Below are positions 27,237-49,545 of a DNA stretch of 64,000 bases, one piece after another (the stretch's first letter is position 1; each line of letters begins with the position of its first letter). Source of the DNA: Eledone cirrhosa (taxonomy: Eukaryota). Made by a program: the position numbers and the translations under genes. Below the pieces are notes generated by a model that saw only the letters and a program-made list of their open reading frames with translations, did no database searches and was not told where the DNA came from. Location: contig OZ024760.1 of the NCBI GenBank assembly GCA_964016885.1, forward strand, positions 13,578,001 to 13,642,000. The letters are read 5' to 3'.

Positions 27237-27862
27237 CACCACACCACACCCCACCACACCACAGCTACACCCCACCACACCCCACCACAGCTACACCCCA
27301 CCATACCACAGGTACACCCCACCACACTACACCACAACATACCACACCACACTACACGCCACCACACTACACCACACTACACCACACCACACACCACCCC
27401 ACCACACTACACCACACTATACCACACCCAACCACACCATACCACAGGTACACCACACTACACCCCACTACACCACACCATACCACAGGTACACCACACC
27501 CCCACCACACTACACCACACTACACCCCACTACACCACAGCTACACCACACTACACCACACCATACCACAGGTACACCACACTACACCACAGGTACACCC
27601 CACTACACCACACCACACCATACCACAGGTACACCACACTACACCCCACTACACCACACCATACCACACTACACCCCACTACACCACACTACACCACACC
27701 ATACCACACTACACCCCACTACACCACACTACACCACACTACACCACACCATACCACAGGTACACCACACCATACCACAGGTACACCCCACTACACCACA
27801 CCATACCACAGGTACACCCCACTACACCATACTACACCCCACTACACCCCACACTACACCAC
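27237..27862. repeat. CAC/ACACC low-complexity repeat
   Basis: Recurring accacactac and ccataccacaggtac units. Confidence 0.93.
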
Positions 27863-27974
27863 ATTGAATGTCAACGTACTAACAAGAAGCTTTTCTCTCT
27901 GCTATTGTTTGACAAATCTTCATTTAAAATCACATTTAATCCGTTTTTACATGTTGCTGCTGCTGCTGCTGTTG

Positions 27975-28006
<32 letters not shown>

Positions 28007-29004
28007 GGTGGTGGTGATGTTGTATGTGATGTGTGCATCTGTGTGCATATACATGAGTGTGTATGTGTGCATAAGCATATGTGTGCACACGCATGCACAT
28101 CTACATATGCATGTGTGTGTACACATCTACGTATGCGTGTGTGTGTACACATCTACGTATGCGTGTGTGTGTGCATGTGTGTGTGTATGATTCGGTTTAT
28201 TGCATCTGCAGCCATTCCAAGAAGAGGGAGGAGGAGAAAGAGGAGGGGAAGAAGGGGAGATAGAAGGAGGGAGAAAGAGGAGAGGGGAGAAAGAGGAGGG
28301 GGCGGTAGTTAACAGGAAAAAAAAGGGAGAGGAAAGACATAAATATAAATTATTCATAGGTTATAAATCAAACTAAACGGAGTGGGAATGAGGAAATAAG
28401 GAAAGAAGGAAGGAAAAGAGGAAGGAAAGAAGGAAGGAAGAGAGGAAGGAAAGAAGGAAGAAAGACAGAATGAAGGAAACAAAGAAAAAGAAAAACAACA
28501 ATATGACAAACAATATTTTTTGTTTTTCGTTGTTCTTTTCTTCACTTTATAAATGATGTATTAGCAACAACAACAACAGCAGCAGCAACTACAACAACAA
28601 CTATTACCATAACAACAACAGCAACTACAACAACAACTACAACAACAACTACTACTACAACAACAGCAATAACAACTTCAACAACCACAACAATTACAAT
28701 AATAATAATAACAACCACAACTACTACCACAACAACAACAATAGTTAGAACAACCAACAGTGTATTAGTATAAAATGTGAAATCCTGTCATTAACTATCT
28801 CAGTAGTCTCCCCTTATTTGTCTCCCCCCCCCCCCCATGAGGCTCTATATTTCTCTTTCGTTGACAATATTCAATTTATCGAAACATTTATCTTAATCTA
28901 TTTTCCCTCCAATTCTTCTTCTTTGTTTGTAGTTTTAATTAGCTTCTTTCTCTCTCTCATTATTTTTTTCAATACTTTGTTTTTATTTTATTGACTATTA
29001 TCAT

Positions 29005-29400
29005 TATTGGCAGTAATAGGTAGAGCGTCAGACAACATGCTTTGTGGCATATAGTTAGGGCACTTCACATTCCAAGTTCAAATACTGCCAAGGTCAACTT
29101 TGCCTGTCATTATTATGGAATCGATAAGATAAAGTACCAGTAACATGCTAGGGTCGGCTTAATCAACTTTCCCTTACCCCAAAATTTCTGGCCGATTATT
29201 ATTAATGCTAAGAAGGGCAGTGGATTGGCAGTATCAGTAGAGGGTCGGACGCCATGCTTTCCAGCATAGTTACGTCCCTTTACGATCTGAGTTCAAATCC
29301 CGCCGAGGTTGACTTTGCCTTTCATCCTTACGGGGTCGATAAAATAAAGTACCAGTAATGTACTGGGTAATTGCTGGCCTTGTGCCTAAAGTAGAAATAA
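29005..29400 (+). mobile_element. Two adjacent SINE family B copies
   Basis: Each has a gttcaaat B-box, ctttgcct(t/g)tcat and taaagtaccagtaa. Confidence 0.82.
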
Positions 29401-29635
29401 TTATTAATGCTAAGATATCCTCTGTCATTCCTATGCAGGATGAGAATAGCACAAGATGATCTCCTGCTCTGAATTAGTTTCTTTAACTCTTCTTTTGACA
29501 AAGGGATTTTTGCCCCGAAATATTAAAGACTTTTGAACAACGCCAAGATAACATCCCAACATCTTTGTTGTCATTATATTTTACACATTGGTATTGCTGT
29601 TGTTTTATTATAAATCAATCGATTTTCTAAAGATG

Positions 29636-29671
<36 letters not shown>

Positions 29672-29844
29672 TTGATGATGATAATGATGATGATGATAAT
29701 GATGATGATAATGATGATGATAATAATGATGATGATCATTCGAAAGAAATCATCAAGAAAGCCACCTCCCATTGTAATATGGTGTATTTATATGTGTATC
29801 TGTGTGTGTAACATATAAATACCACCATATTACAATGAGAGTTA

Positions 29845-29895
29845 GCTTTCCTGATGATTTCTTTCGAATGAAACAGTTCTAGTCCTGTAGAAGCC
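29845..29895 (+). ncRNA. Type I hammerhead motif overlapping fold-back 29736-29871
   Basis: gctttc-CTGATGA(29851)-tttctttcgaat-GAAA(29870)-cagttctagtcctg-TA(29888-29889)-gaagcc. Confidence 0.72.
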
Positions 29896-30261
29896 ATTTC
29901 TATATTAAATTTTGTATATACTCTACTAATGTATTGAGTATTTTCTGCTGTTGTTGTTGTTGCTGTTGTTGCTGTTGTTGCTACTGTTGTTGTTGCTACT
30001 ATTGTAGTTATTACTGTTGATACTGCTGTTATTGCTACTGTTGTTATTGCTGTTGTTGTTGCTACTGCTGTTGTAACTGTAGTTATTACTGTTGTTATTG
30101 TTGTCTTTAATTCTATCAACTCAACAGTCATTGTTCGTTGCACAATAATTTATTTCATGTTTCAGAAATTCATTAATTTCCTAAAAGGAAAATCTATTTA
30201 GATTTCCTTTTTAGAAAATTAATGAAGCTTTAAAAAAAACAATAATAATAAGGATTTCTAC

Positions 30262-30386
30262 TATAGCCACACAAGGCCAACAATTTAGAGGGAGAGGAAC
30301 GTAATTGACCCCAGTGCATTACTGGTACTTTATTTTATCGACCCCGTAAGGATGAAAGGCAAAGCTAACCTCGGCGGGATTTGAAC
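30262..30386 (-). mobile_element. SINE family B fragment
   Basis: Reverse complement of 29290-29390. Confidence 0.8.
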
Positions 30387-30470
30387 GGTAATAGTCCAGC
30401 TCTGATTTCAAATCCTACCACCAGGGAAAACAAAGTGTGACATAATAAGACTGCCCCGTCCCCTCATCCT

Positions 30471-30940
30471 CTTGTGAGAAACAACCTCCTGTGAGAAGCA
30501 ACCTCCTTTGAGAGGCAACCTCCCATGATAGGCAACCTCTCATGAGAGGCAACCTCCCGTGGGAAGCAACCTCCCATGATAGGCAACTTCTCATGAGAGG
30601 CAACCTTCCGTGGGAGGCAACCTCCCATTAGAAGCAACCTCATGTGAGAGGCAACATCCTATGAGAAGCAACCTCCTGTGAGAGGCAACGTCCCATGAGA
30701 GGCAACCTCCTATAAGAAGCAACCTCCCATTAGAATCAACCTTCCATTAGAAGCAACCTTCTATTAGAAGCAATCTCCTGTGAGAGGCAACCTTCTGTGA
30801 GAAGCAACTTCCTGTGAGAGGCAACCTCCCATTAGGAGCAACCTTCTGTGAGAGGCAACCTCCCGGGAGAAGCAACCTCCCATTAAACGCAACCTCCCAT
30901 GAGAAGCAAACTCCCATTAGAAGCAACCTCCCGTGTGAGG
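30471..30940. repeat. 17-bp minisatellite
   Basis: Unit gagaggcaacctcccat with variants. Confidence 0.93.
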
Positions 30941-31261
30941 CCTGTCAGCAGAATCGACGTGTGTGTGAACTATAACAACAACAACAAGAGTGTGATGGAC
31001 AATGAGATTGACCTTAGGAATATAGGTAAAGCAGAGCTATTTCACAGACCTCAAAGCCATTATAATGCTGGAAGAAGACAAAGAAAATCATTTTCAAAGT
31101 CTTTGCATCTTCGCCATTTTCAGTTTGTTTTTGTGCCAGAAATAATTAAATAAACTCTAGATTGTTGTCCAATGCTTTGGGTTGTTTGTCATACTTTTAA
31201 GTTGAAGAAATAGTTTTTTCTTTGAAAGCTTACTGAATTTATTACCTGCTTTTATCACAGT

Positions 31262-31690
31262 TATCATCATCATCATTACCATCATCACTATTACCCCCAC
31301 TGCCACCATTAACGCCCTCCAACACCATCACCACCACCACCACCACCACCACCATTAACATCCTCCAGCACCATCACTAACACCACCACCACCACTGCCC
31401 CCATTAACATCCTCCAGCACCATCACTAACACCACCACCACCACTGCCACCATTAACACCACTATTACCACCAGCATCATTACCATCATCACTATCGCTA
31501 CCATTATCAGTAGCAGCACCACCACCACTATCATCATCACCAACACCATCATCATCATCACCACTACCATCATCACCAACACCATCATCTCCTCCTCCAC
31601 CACCAACACCGCCATTTTCTTTACCACCATCTCCTCCACCACAATCGCCATCACCACCACTGTTTACACCATCATCTTCATCACCATTTT
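31262..31690. repeat. (CAC/CAT)n low-complexity tract
   Basis: Direct inspection. Confidence 0.9.
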
Positions 31691-33656
31691 ATGACTTTGC
31701 ATTACTTCATTATAATTGGGTGCATCATAGTTAGAGGGCCTTTGATCATATGTCTGTTGCTCACGCAGTGAAAACAACAACAGCAACAACAATAAAGGAG
31801 GGACTCATTGGATAATGTGAAACTATATATAGAATGTGATTGGAGGCATGTGGATGGGCATGTGAGGAATGTCTTTGACACACACATGGGACAGACTTCC
31901 ACACAGTTTCCATCAACCAAAACTCACTCACAACAACACAATCAGTCATCTCTGAGGCTATAGCAAAAAAAATCTCTTTGACACACACACACACAAATGA
32001 CAGGCTTCCACACAGTCTCCGTCAACCAAAACTCATTCACAACAACACTGAAGCTATAGCAGCAAAAAGTCTTGTTTAATGTGCCAAGCAGTGAAACAAA
32101 ACTGAAACCCATGTGGACTACAACCATGTTTAACCACACAGCCATGGCTACATCTGTGTTAAATGAAAACTTCTTTATCTTTCTATCTTGCTGTAGTTTT
32201 AATTTAAGCTCCATTACCATCAGAAAGGGAAAGATGCTTTGATATGCGGACACTTTAATGATCAGATTAACAAAGTTCTTTGTTCTAATCTTCTGCTCAT
32301 AACTTAACAGAAACGATAAGGAAGGCAGCAAAGGTAGGTAAAAACATTTGTTATTCTCCCCACACCCTGCCTGCCCAATTTATCAATTATTCAACAAGTT
32401 AACGCCATCACTGATTGATCTATTTATTGATTTATTGATTGGTTCATTAAATATTGAACTAAAATCAAGTGAAATGAACAAGGGAGGGTTGGAGGGGGGG
32501 GGGGCATTATCTATGACTGGTAGTTAAGGTGTTGGGAGAGAAAGTATTGTGATAATTGTTGCAGAGGTCTCTGTGCTCCGAGTTCAAATCCTGCTCAGCT
32601 CATCAAACTGTGACTGTGGCTATCATCCTTTGGGGGTGGAGGGGAGGAGGGTTTGGTGATGGGGTGGGGTTAGTAGACGGGGGGGGGGGGTATCAATAAA
32701 TAAAGTACAAACTCAATGATGGTGGTTTAGTGGTTAGAGTGTCACACAATTGTGAGGCTGTGAGTTCAATTTGCTTGACACCGACCAAGCACTGCATTGT
32801 GTCCTTGAGCAAGACACTTTATTTTATATTACTTTAGTTATGAAAGATAGATAGACAGAAATGAGGCGAGGAGAAAGAGGGGAGTGAAAGATAGGCAGAA
32901 AGGAGGAGGAGGAGGAGGGAGAGAAGGAAAACAGAAATGAAGAAACGTATAAAAAGAGAAGAAACAAACAACTGACTTTTAACACCTTCGGAAAATATAC
33001 TTTCGAGACTCACTCCTGCGAATAACTTCAACATAAGAGTTTAATGTGCCAGGGGAAGTAACTCAAAATGAAAACTTTCAAGGGAGATAAATACTAAAGT
33101 TGCTTACTTAGACACGCTATCTGCTTGAAATTTGATAGTTAATTCTTCTTCTTCTTATCGAGTCGCTACACCACACCCATCTAGTGTTGCACACTGATCC
33201 TTACCCGGGGTGTTGAGGTTTCAAGGTCATTAAGTGTGAAACATTTTCAAGATTGATGAAAACTAGAAAATGTTGCATAGTTTGTAATTACTCCTTAATT
33301 AAAGAGGAATATACTTAAATATAATTAGAAATAGTAGCGAGACGAGACGATAAGAACATTAACTCAAATACTAATATTATTCTTATCCTTTCAGCATTAT
33401 TTCTAGTAAATATAAACATTGTACCCTGAGCTGATCGATATCCAAACTATTGTAATATGCCAATAAAGTTTCTACATATGCTGCAACACTGACTTCGATT
33501 TTACTTACTTTATTTACATTCTGTACACTACAGCTGTCTCAATTCTAGAATACAACCCAATACGAGACGGACCTCATAACAGCATCGAGTGCTTCAAACG
33601 ACGCACCTCCTGTAACTGTAGTCACACACACGCATACATACATACAAACATACATG

Positions 33657-33780
<124 letters not shown>

Positions 33781-34001
33781 CAATGGCAGACTAGGTCTAA
33801 AAATATTGGTTTCCAGGAGATGAAGGGGGTCCACCTACATATAGAATGCTATCATTTAATTTTTATGATGAATAAATAAAATTTTCGAAAAATACATAAG
33901 AGGAAACAAAACAGTGCAATCAAATTCTTGCAGAAAAATATCTTACCTTCTCCAATAAAAAATATGTATTTTACGAAATCCAGAGACTTTCAATAATGAC
34001 C

Positions 34002-34433
34002 AGAAGTCGACCCTAAATATTACTAATAGCTCTAGGAAAGCTAAGAACGACACCACATCTTTTTAACTTTGATTTTGAAAATAGGTTTATAATTATCAAT
34101 TTTCATTACACTTTTATAGCTGTCTCGGTGGTCGAGTTGGAGGAGTTATAGACGGTGATGATCCAGGTCCGAAGTTCGATTCTGGTCGGGAGTAGGGTTC
34201 CTGGTAAACCTTTGCAGATTTTTTTTCTGAAACAAAAACTGAAAAAGTTTACATGCATCTCTTGACCAGGATCTCCACCGTCTCTAGTACCTACCGCTAG
34301 GCAGCAGAGACAACTACAAAAACCTTATGAAAATTTATACCTATAAACCTACTTTCAAAATATTCAATACAAAATGTTGTGTGGACGTTCATGTCTTTCT
34401 TAATATGATTGCTCCTACTTAAGGTCGACTTCT
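34002..34433. mobile_element. Diverged long inverted-repeat element containing a tRNA-like segment
   Basis: agaagtcgacc/ggtcgacttct, ttttgaaaataggtttata/tataaacctactttcaaaa and agacggtg/caccgtct pairs; A-box-like and B-box-like sequences at ~34129 and ~34174. Confidence 0.6.
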
Positions 34434-35047
34434 AACTTGGGTGTTCCATAAACTACATCCTCGTTTTGTTTCACATCTCTCTAGATTATATTTTAACCTG
34501 TAATCCATGTCTCATTTCTGTTGCACCCCCCCCCCCATCTTTCTCTCTCTCTCTCAATTACTCGCTAATTACAATAATTACTCGATAGCTTATTACCGCT
34601 AACATAATTACTAACGTATCATTCACTTTTTTCCGCCAGTCTAATTATTTGACGACATACCCCCCCCCCCCCCCCGTCTACTGGATATGTTATCACCGTA
34701 TCCAATTGTGGTTGTTGTAGTTTAAGAAAGACTTTCAAACCTGTCAACTCTCCCCGTCCGACGGGGAGAGATCTCCCACCCACATTCGGGTGGATGACAA
34801 ATCTCTTCTCTTGTGAAAATAGGTATAGCTTTCATTATGTAAAATCACCCCATTTTGCCTCATTTCTTCCCGTTTTGGGACACTTTTTTTCATGGTACTC
34901 TCCGTTTGGCTTTTTTGAGGTTGTAGACCTTGATTTTACATAAATAATTTAACTCGTTGCTGATCAGTGAATAAATAGTTAGAGGGGCCTGGAAGTTGTG
35001 TTCCTTTAGAAAGTGACTTGATTTGAGATCATATTTTTGACAATTCG

Positions 35048-35582
<535 letters not shown>

Positions 35583-35589
35583 AATTGTT

Positions 35590-35757
35590 TCTACTTTTGG
35601 AACAAGGCCAGCAATTATCCCAGTGTATTACTGGTACTTTATTTTATCGACCTCGTAAGGATGAAAAGGCAAAGTTAACCTCGGCGGGATTTGAACTCAG
35701 CTCGTAAAGGGACGTAACTATGCTGGAAAGCATGTCCGACCCTCTACCGACACTGCA
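35590..35757 (-). mobile_element. SINE family B
   Basis: Reverse complement of 29225-29395. Confidence 0.85.
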
Positions 35758-36127
35758 TAATAAAGTAAAACAAGTACGAGTGGTTACTCCTTCGTTACGT
35801 TTATTGGTTGGTGACAGCTCAAAGTTCGATCTGCATCGATCTAGCCCGACTCTGTAATCCGCGGCTCGTCAGACCCATTTAGTGGCAATGAATGTTGCCT
35901 CACCATTCGTGTTTGTTTACCTGTCTCTCTTTCTCTACTCAACTCTTTTTATCCCAATAACTTAATTTAGTTATTGTATCGCCCTAGCTGGAGGTATATG
36001 GTCTGTAATGCGAAGAAATACCTATGATGGCTAGTAGACCACTGATGACGGATATTCCTGGCTTCTATTTCTAATTCTTCATTTATTGTATATATATATT
36101 TATATATGTATATATATATATATACAT

Positions 36128-36160
<33 letters not shown>

Positions 36161-36204
36161 GTGTGTGTGGGGAGGGGGGGGGGGGTATTGCTTTGAAAAA
36201 TAGC

Positions 36205-36362
36205 AAATTCTGGCCCTTGTTGCCCCAATGTGAAAATTCTGGCCCTTGTAGCCCCAATGGGGAAATCCTGGCTCTTGTAGCCCCAAATGTGGAAATTCTG
36301 GCCCGTGTTGCCCCAAATGTGGAAACTCTGGCTCATGAAGCCCGAACGTGTGGAAATCCTGC
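36205..36362. repeat. ~30-bp minisatellite, about 5 copies
   Basis: Unit aaattctggcccttgttgccccaatgtg. Confidence 0.85.
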
Positions 36363-37710
36363 TCCCTGTTCTCGTGTGTGATAGAGACAAGGCAGTTTAG
36401 ACACCACAGTAGTAAAGGTCAACTCATATAACTTACCAAACAATAATTACTTTATGTTAACATGATTCAATGAACATTAAATATCTCATTAGTAATAAGT
36501 ATAGAGTCGTTAGCTCAATTACTTATATAGTTACATACCTATATGTTTAGACATACATATATGTATACACACACATCTCTCTCTGTATATATATATATAT
36601 ATGGTGGCTGCCAACTCGTTTTCGAGTACGGCCACTACTTTATATCCATGTAGGAGAACCCCTACCGATGCGCTGAACGAGTGTGACTTTTTAGTCCAGC
36701 CAGCGACTTGAGAACTCTGGTATAAACACTACACTTGTGACAATTATTGACACAGAGTGCTGGGCCCATGGTACCATGTGACGACAAGTGCAGAGAGATC
36801 TCCAGATATAAAGCAATGCCTGTGTCGTGAAGCTTTTATAGTGAGCAAAGGCACTGCACAAAGCCAGTCCCACTCTCTTAGCCAAGATGATATTTACCAA
36901 AAGAAGAACAAGTCAACATCATTGGATACCATCAGGGTTGTAGGTGTTATATCAGTTTTCCTTCTCCTAGAATTCTGCCTTGACAAAGGCTAAGGGGTCA
37001 TCTCTCCCGGTGATTTTGGATGGCCATTGACTCTTAAGAGCTCTTTTGCCCTTTGACAATATATACATACACACATATGTATGCATCTATATATGTGTAT
37101 GCATATATATACATACACACATATGTATGCATCTATCTATCTCTATATATATGTGTGTGTTTACATATATATAGATATATTTGTATGTGTATATATGTGT
37201 ATACACACATATATACAGAAACCTACACACACATAGTGATTTTTTAGTTGAAAAAGGCTAAGTTCTCCTGTCTACTCATGTAACACTTAGCTATTGTACA
37301 TCAACTTAGCCACTCCCTCGTCACTGGTCTCACAGGACAAGCTTTACAAACAGATGCCATAATGACTGACAAAGGGGTCACGGCTGGGTTATACTGAATG
37401 ACTCAGTCCACTTTGGTCACCCAACTTGCTAGAAATAGCAGCCAAATCACCCTCAAAATACATTTACCATTCACCCTAGCGTGCTTGAAAAGGAAGTGAC
37501 ACATTGGATACTGTAGTCCCTGATATACAATCTACCTTGAGAAGAGAAGGACTGGATGGTTGTGGCTGGAATGCTTTTGATCACAAATCTGTGTCAGTCG
37601 GGTGGCTGGAACTGGTAGAAGATTAAAAAAGTAAATGAGTTGCACTTAAGATGTTTTTTATCCGATGCATATGACGCAGGCGGGTTTCGACATAACATTT
37701 TGTTGGGGCT

Positions 37711-37910
37711 NNNNNNNNNNNNNNNNNNNNNNNNNNNNNNNNNNNNNNNNNNNNNNNNNNNNNNNNNNNNNNNNNNNNNNNNNNNNNNNNNNNNNNNNNN
37801 NNNNNNNNNNNNNNNNNNNNNNNNNNNNNNNNNNNNNNNNNNNNNNNNNNNNNNNNNNNNNNNNNNNNNNNNNNNNNNNNNNNNNNNNNNNNNNNNNNNN
37901 NNNNNNNNNN
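37711..37910. other. Assembly gap (200 N)
   Basis: Run of n. Confidence 1.
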
Positions 37911-37921
37911 GCACTGGATAT

Positions 37922-37964
37922 GTAGTCCTGATGATTTCTAACAAGAATGAAACGCGTAGATTAC
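37922..37964 (+). ncRNA. Type I hammerhead ribozyme, copy 1
   Basis: gtagtc-CTGATGA-tttctaacaagaat-GAAA-cgcg-TA-gattac; predicted cleavage after 37958. Confidence 0.88.
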
Positions 37965-38207
37965 TTCCCTTGCTTTTATCGAGAATCTAATTGTAATACG
38001 TGACGTATTCTATTCTATAGCGATTAGGTCTTCAAAATGTTTATTATAAACATACAGAATATTTTCGAATATTCTATGTCTATATTCACATATATATCGC
38101 TATTTCAGAGCATTTATTCCAATTTCTAATTTCTGCCGGACCGGCAACCGCTCTTTCAAACCAGTTCCTGTACACAGCTAAGTATTCTATAAGTCTCTAG
38201 CTGTGTC

Positions 38208-38296
38208 ATTCTCGATAAAAGCACTGGATATGTAGTCCTGATGATTTCTAACAAGAATGAAACGCGTAGATTACTTCCCTTGCTTTTATCGAGAAT
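38208..38296 (+). ncRNA. Type I hammerhead ribozyme, copy 2, with extended stem I
   Basis: Core 38232-38274; attctcgataaaagca (38208-38223) pairs perfectly with tgcttttatcgagaat (38281-38296); predicted cleavage after 38268. Confidence 0.9.
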
Positions 38297-38517
38297 CTAA
38301 TTGTAATACGTGACGTATTCTATTCTATAGCGATTAGGTCTTCAAAATGTTTATTATAAACATACAGAATATTTTCGAATATTCTATGTCTATATTCACA
38401 TATATATCGCTATTTCAGAGCATTTATTCCAATTTCTAATTTCTGCCGGACCGGCAACCGCTCTTTCAAACCAGTTCCTGTACACAGCTAAGTATTCTAT
38501 AAGTCTCTAGCTGTGTC

Positions 38518-38606
38518 ATTCTCGATAAAAGCACTGGATATGTAGTCCTGATGATTTCTAACAAGAATGAAACGCGTAGATTACTTCCCTTGCTTTTATC
38601 GAGAAT
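38518..38606 (+). ncRNA. Type I hammerhead ribozyme, copy 3
   Basis: Identical to copy 2, shifted by 310; predicted cleavage after 38578. Confidence 0.9.
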
Positions 38607-38741
38607 CTAATTGTAATACGTGACGTATTCTATTCTATAGCGATTAGGTCTTCAAAATGTTTATTATAAACATACAGAATATTTTCGAATATTCTATGTC
38701 TATATTCACATATATATCGCTATTTCAGAGCATTTATTCCA

Positions 38742-47796
<9,055 letters not shown>

Positions 47797-48054
47797 ATTT
47801 TAGGCATATTGTAGCCCAGACTACATTATCCAGTGTATCCCTTTTCCTTTTAGGACGGTAACGTGTAATGATTTGAGTGAGACATGTGGCTGCTATTTCT
47901 AGGAGGTTGCGTTTATTTGCTGTGATGTGTTGTTTTAACCCCAGGTCAGCCGTTGTCAAGCAGACATATGATTAAAGTACTCCAGCTTTGATCATTCCGT
48001 ATTTTTGTATATCTAGCTAAGATTACATTCTATTGAAGACGGTGTAATTTGAAG

Positions 48055-48192
48055 GAATTTGTCGAGATCGATTTTGCTTTTTATCCTTCCAGGGATCGAT
48101 AATATGAAATGCCAAACATGAAGTAGGGTCGATTTGATCGACTGTCCCCTTTTCAATTAAATGTCTGGCCTCGTGTCTGTGTAAGGAATTAT
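48055..48192 (+). mobile_element. SINE family B 3' fragment (diverged)
   Basis: ttttgctttttatccttccagggatcgataa...ctggcctcgtgtct...gaattatt. Confidence 0.6.
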
Positions 48193-48608
48193 TTACCTCC
48201 ACTGGTCGATGGCGTAGCAGGGTAAGGTGTAATGAAAGAGAGGGAGACGGCGTGAGAGAGTAGATAGATTGATAGAGAGAGGAGCAACAGAAAGAGATAA
48301 GGAGGGGAGGGGAACAACGGAGAGGGAGAGAGACAAAGAGAAAGAGAGGTAGACAGACAAAGAAGGATAGAGAGAGAGAGACAACGGGAAATAGAGATAG
48401 ACAGAGAGAGAGCTAAAAAGAAAGAAAGATATAGACAAAGGGAAAGAGAGGGATAGAAAGATAGACAATGAAAGAGAGATAGACAACAACAGAGATAGAG
48501 ATAGAAAGATAGACAAGGAGAGAGTGAAAGAAGCAGCTGTAATAAATAGTACGTCTGCTAAAAATTGAAGCTCAGCTCTCTCCCTCCCCCACCCCCTTCG
48601 AGACCTGC

Positions 48609-49545
48609 ACCACCACCGCCTCTACAGCTATCATCACTACCACCACCACCACCACAACAACCGCCACTACAGCTATCATCACTACCACCACAACAACAAC
48701 AACCACCACTACAGCTATCATCACTACCACCACCACAACAACTCCACTACAGCTATCATCACTACCACCACCACCACAACAACCACCACCACTACAGCTA
48801 TCATCACTACCACCACCACAACAACAACAACCGCCACTACAGCTATCATCACTACCACCACCACCACAACAACAACCACCACTACAGCTATCATCACTAC
48901 CACCACCACCACAACAACTCCACTACAGCTATTATCACTACCACCACCACAACAACAACCACCACTACAGCTATCATCACTACCACCACCACCACAACAA
49001 CTCCACTACAGCTATCATCACTACCACCACCACCACAACAACCACCACCACTACAGCTATCATCACTACCACCACCACAACAACAACCACTACAGCTATC
49101 ATCACTACCACCACCACAACAACAACAACCACCACTACAGCTATCATCACTACCACCACCACAACAACAACAACCGCCACTACAGCTATCATCACTACCA
49201 CCACCACCACCACAACAACAACCGCCACTACAGCTATCATCACTACCACCACCACAACAACAACCACCACTACAGCTATCATCACTACCACCACCACCAC
49301 AACAACAACCACCACTACAGCTATCATCACTACCACCACCACAACAACAACTGCCACTACAGCTATCATCACTACCACCACCACCACAACAACAACCGCC
49401 ACTACAGCTATCATCACTACCACCACCACAACAACCACCACTACAGCTATCATCACAACAACAACCGCCACTACAGCTATCATCACTACCACCACCACCA
49501 CAACAACAACCGCTACTACAGCTATCAACCAACACCACAACAACT
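48609..49545. repeat. Variable-length (~39-45 bp) minisatellite
   Basis: Unit ctacagctatcatcacta(cca)n(caa)n. Confidence 0.93.

Noticed and set aside
27084-28312. His/Thr/Pro-rich ORFs
   Set aside because: Low-complexity repeat open in all three frames
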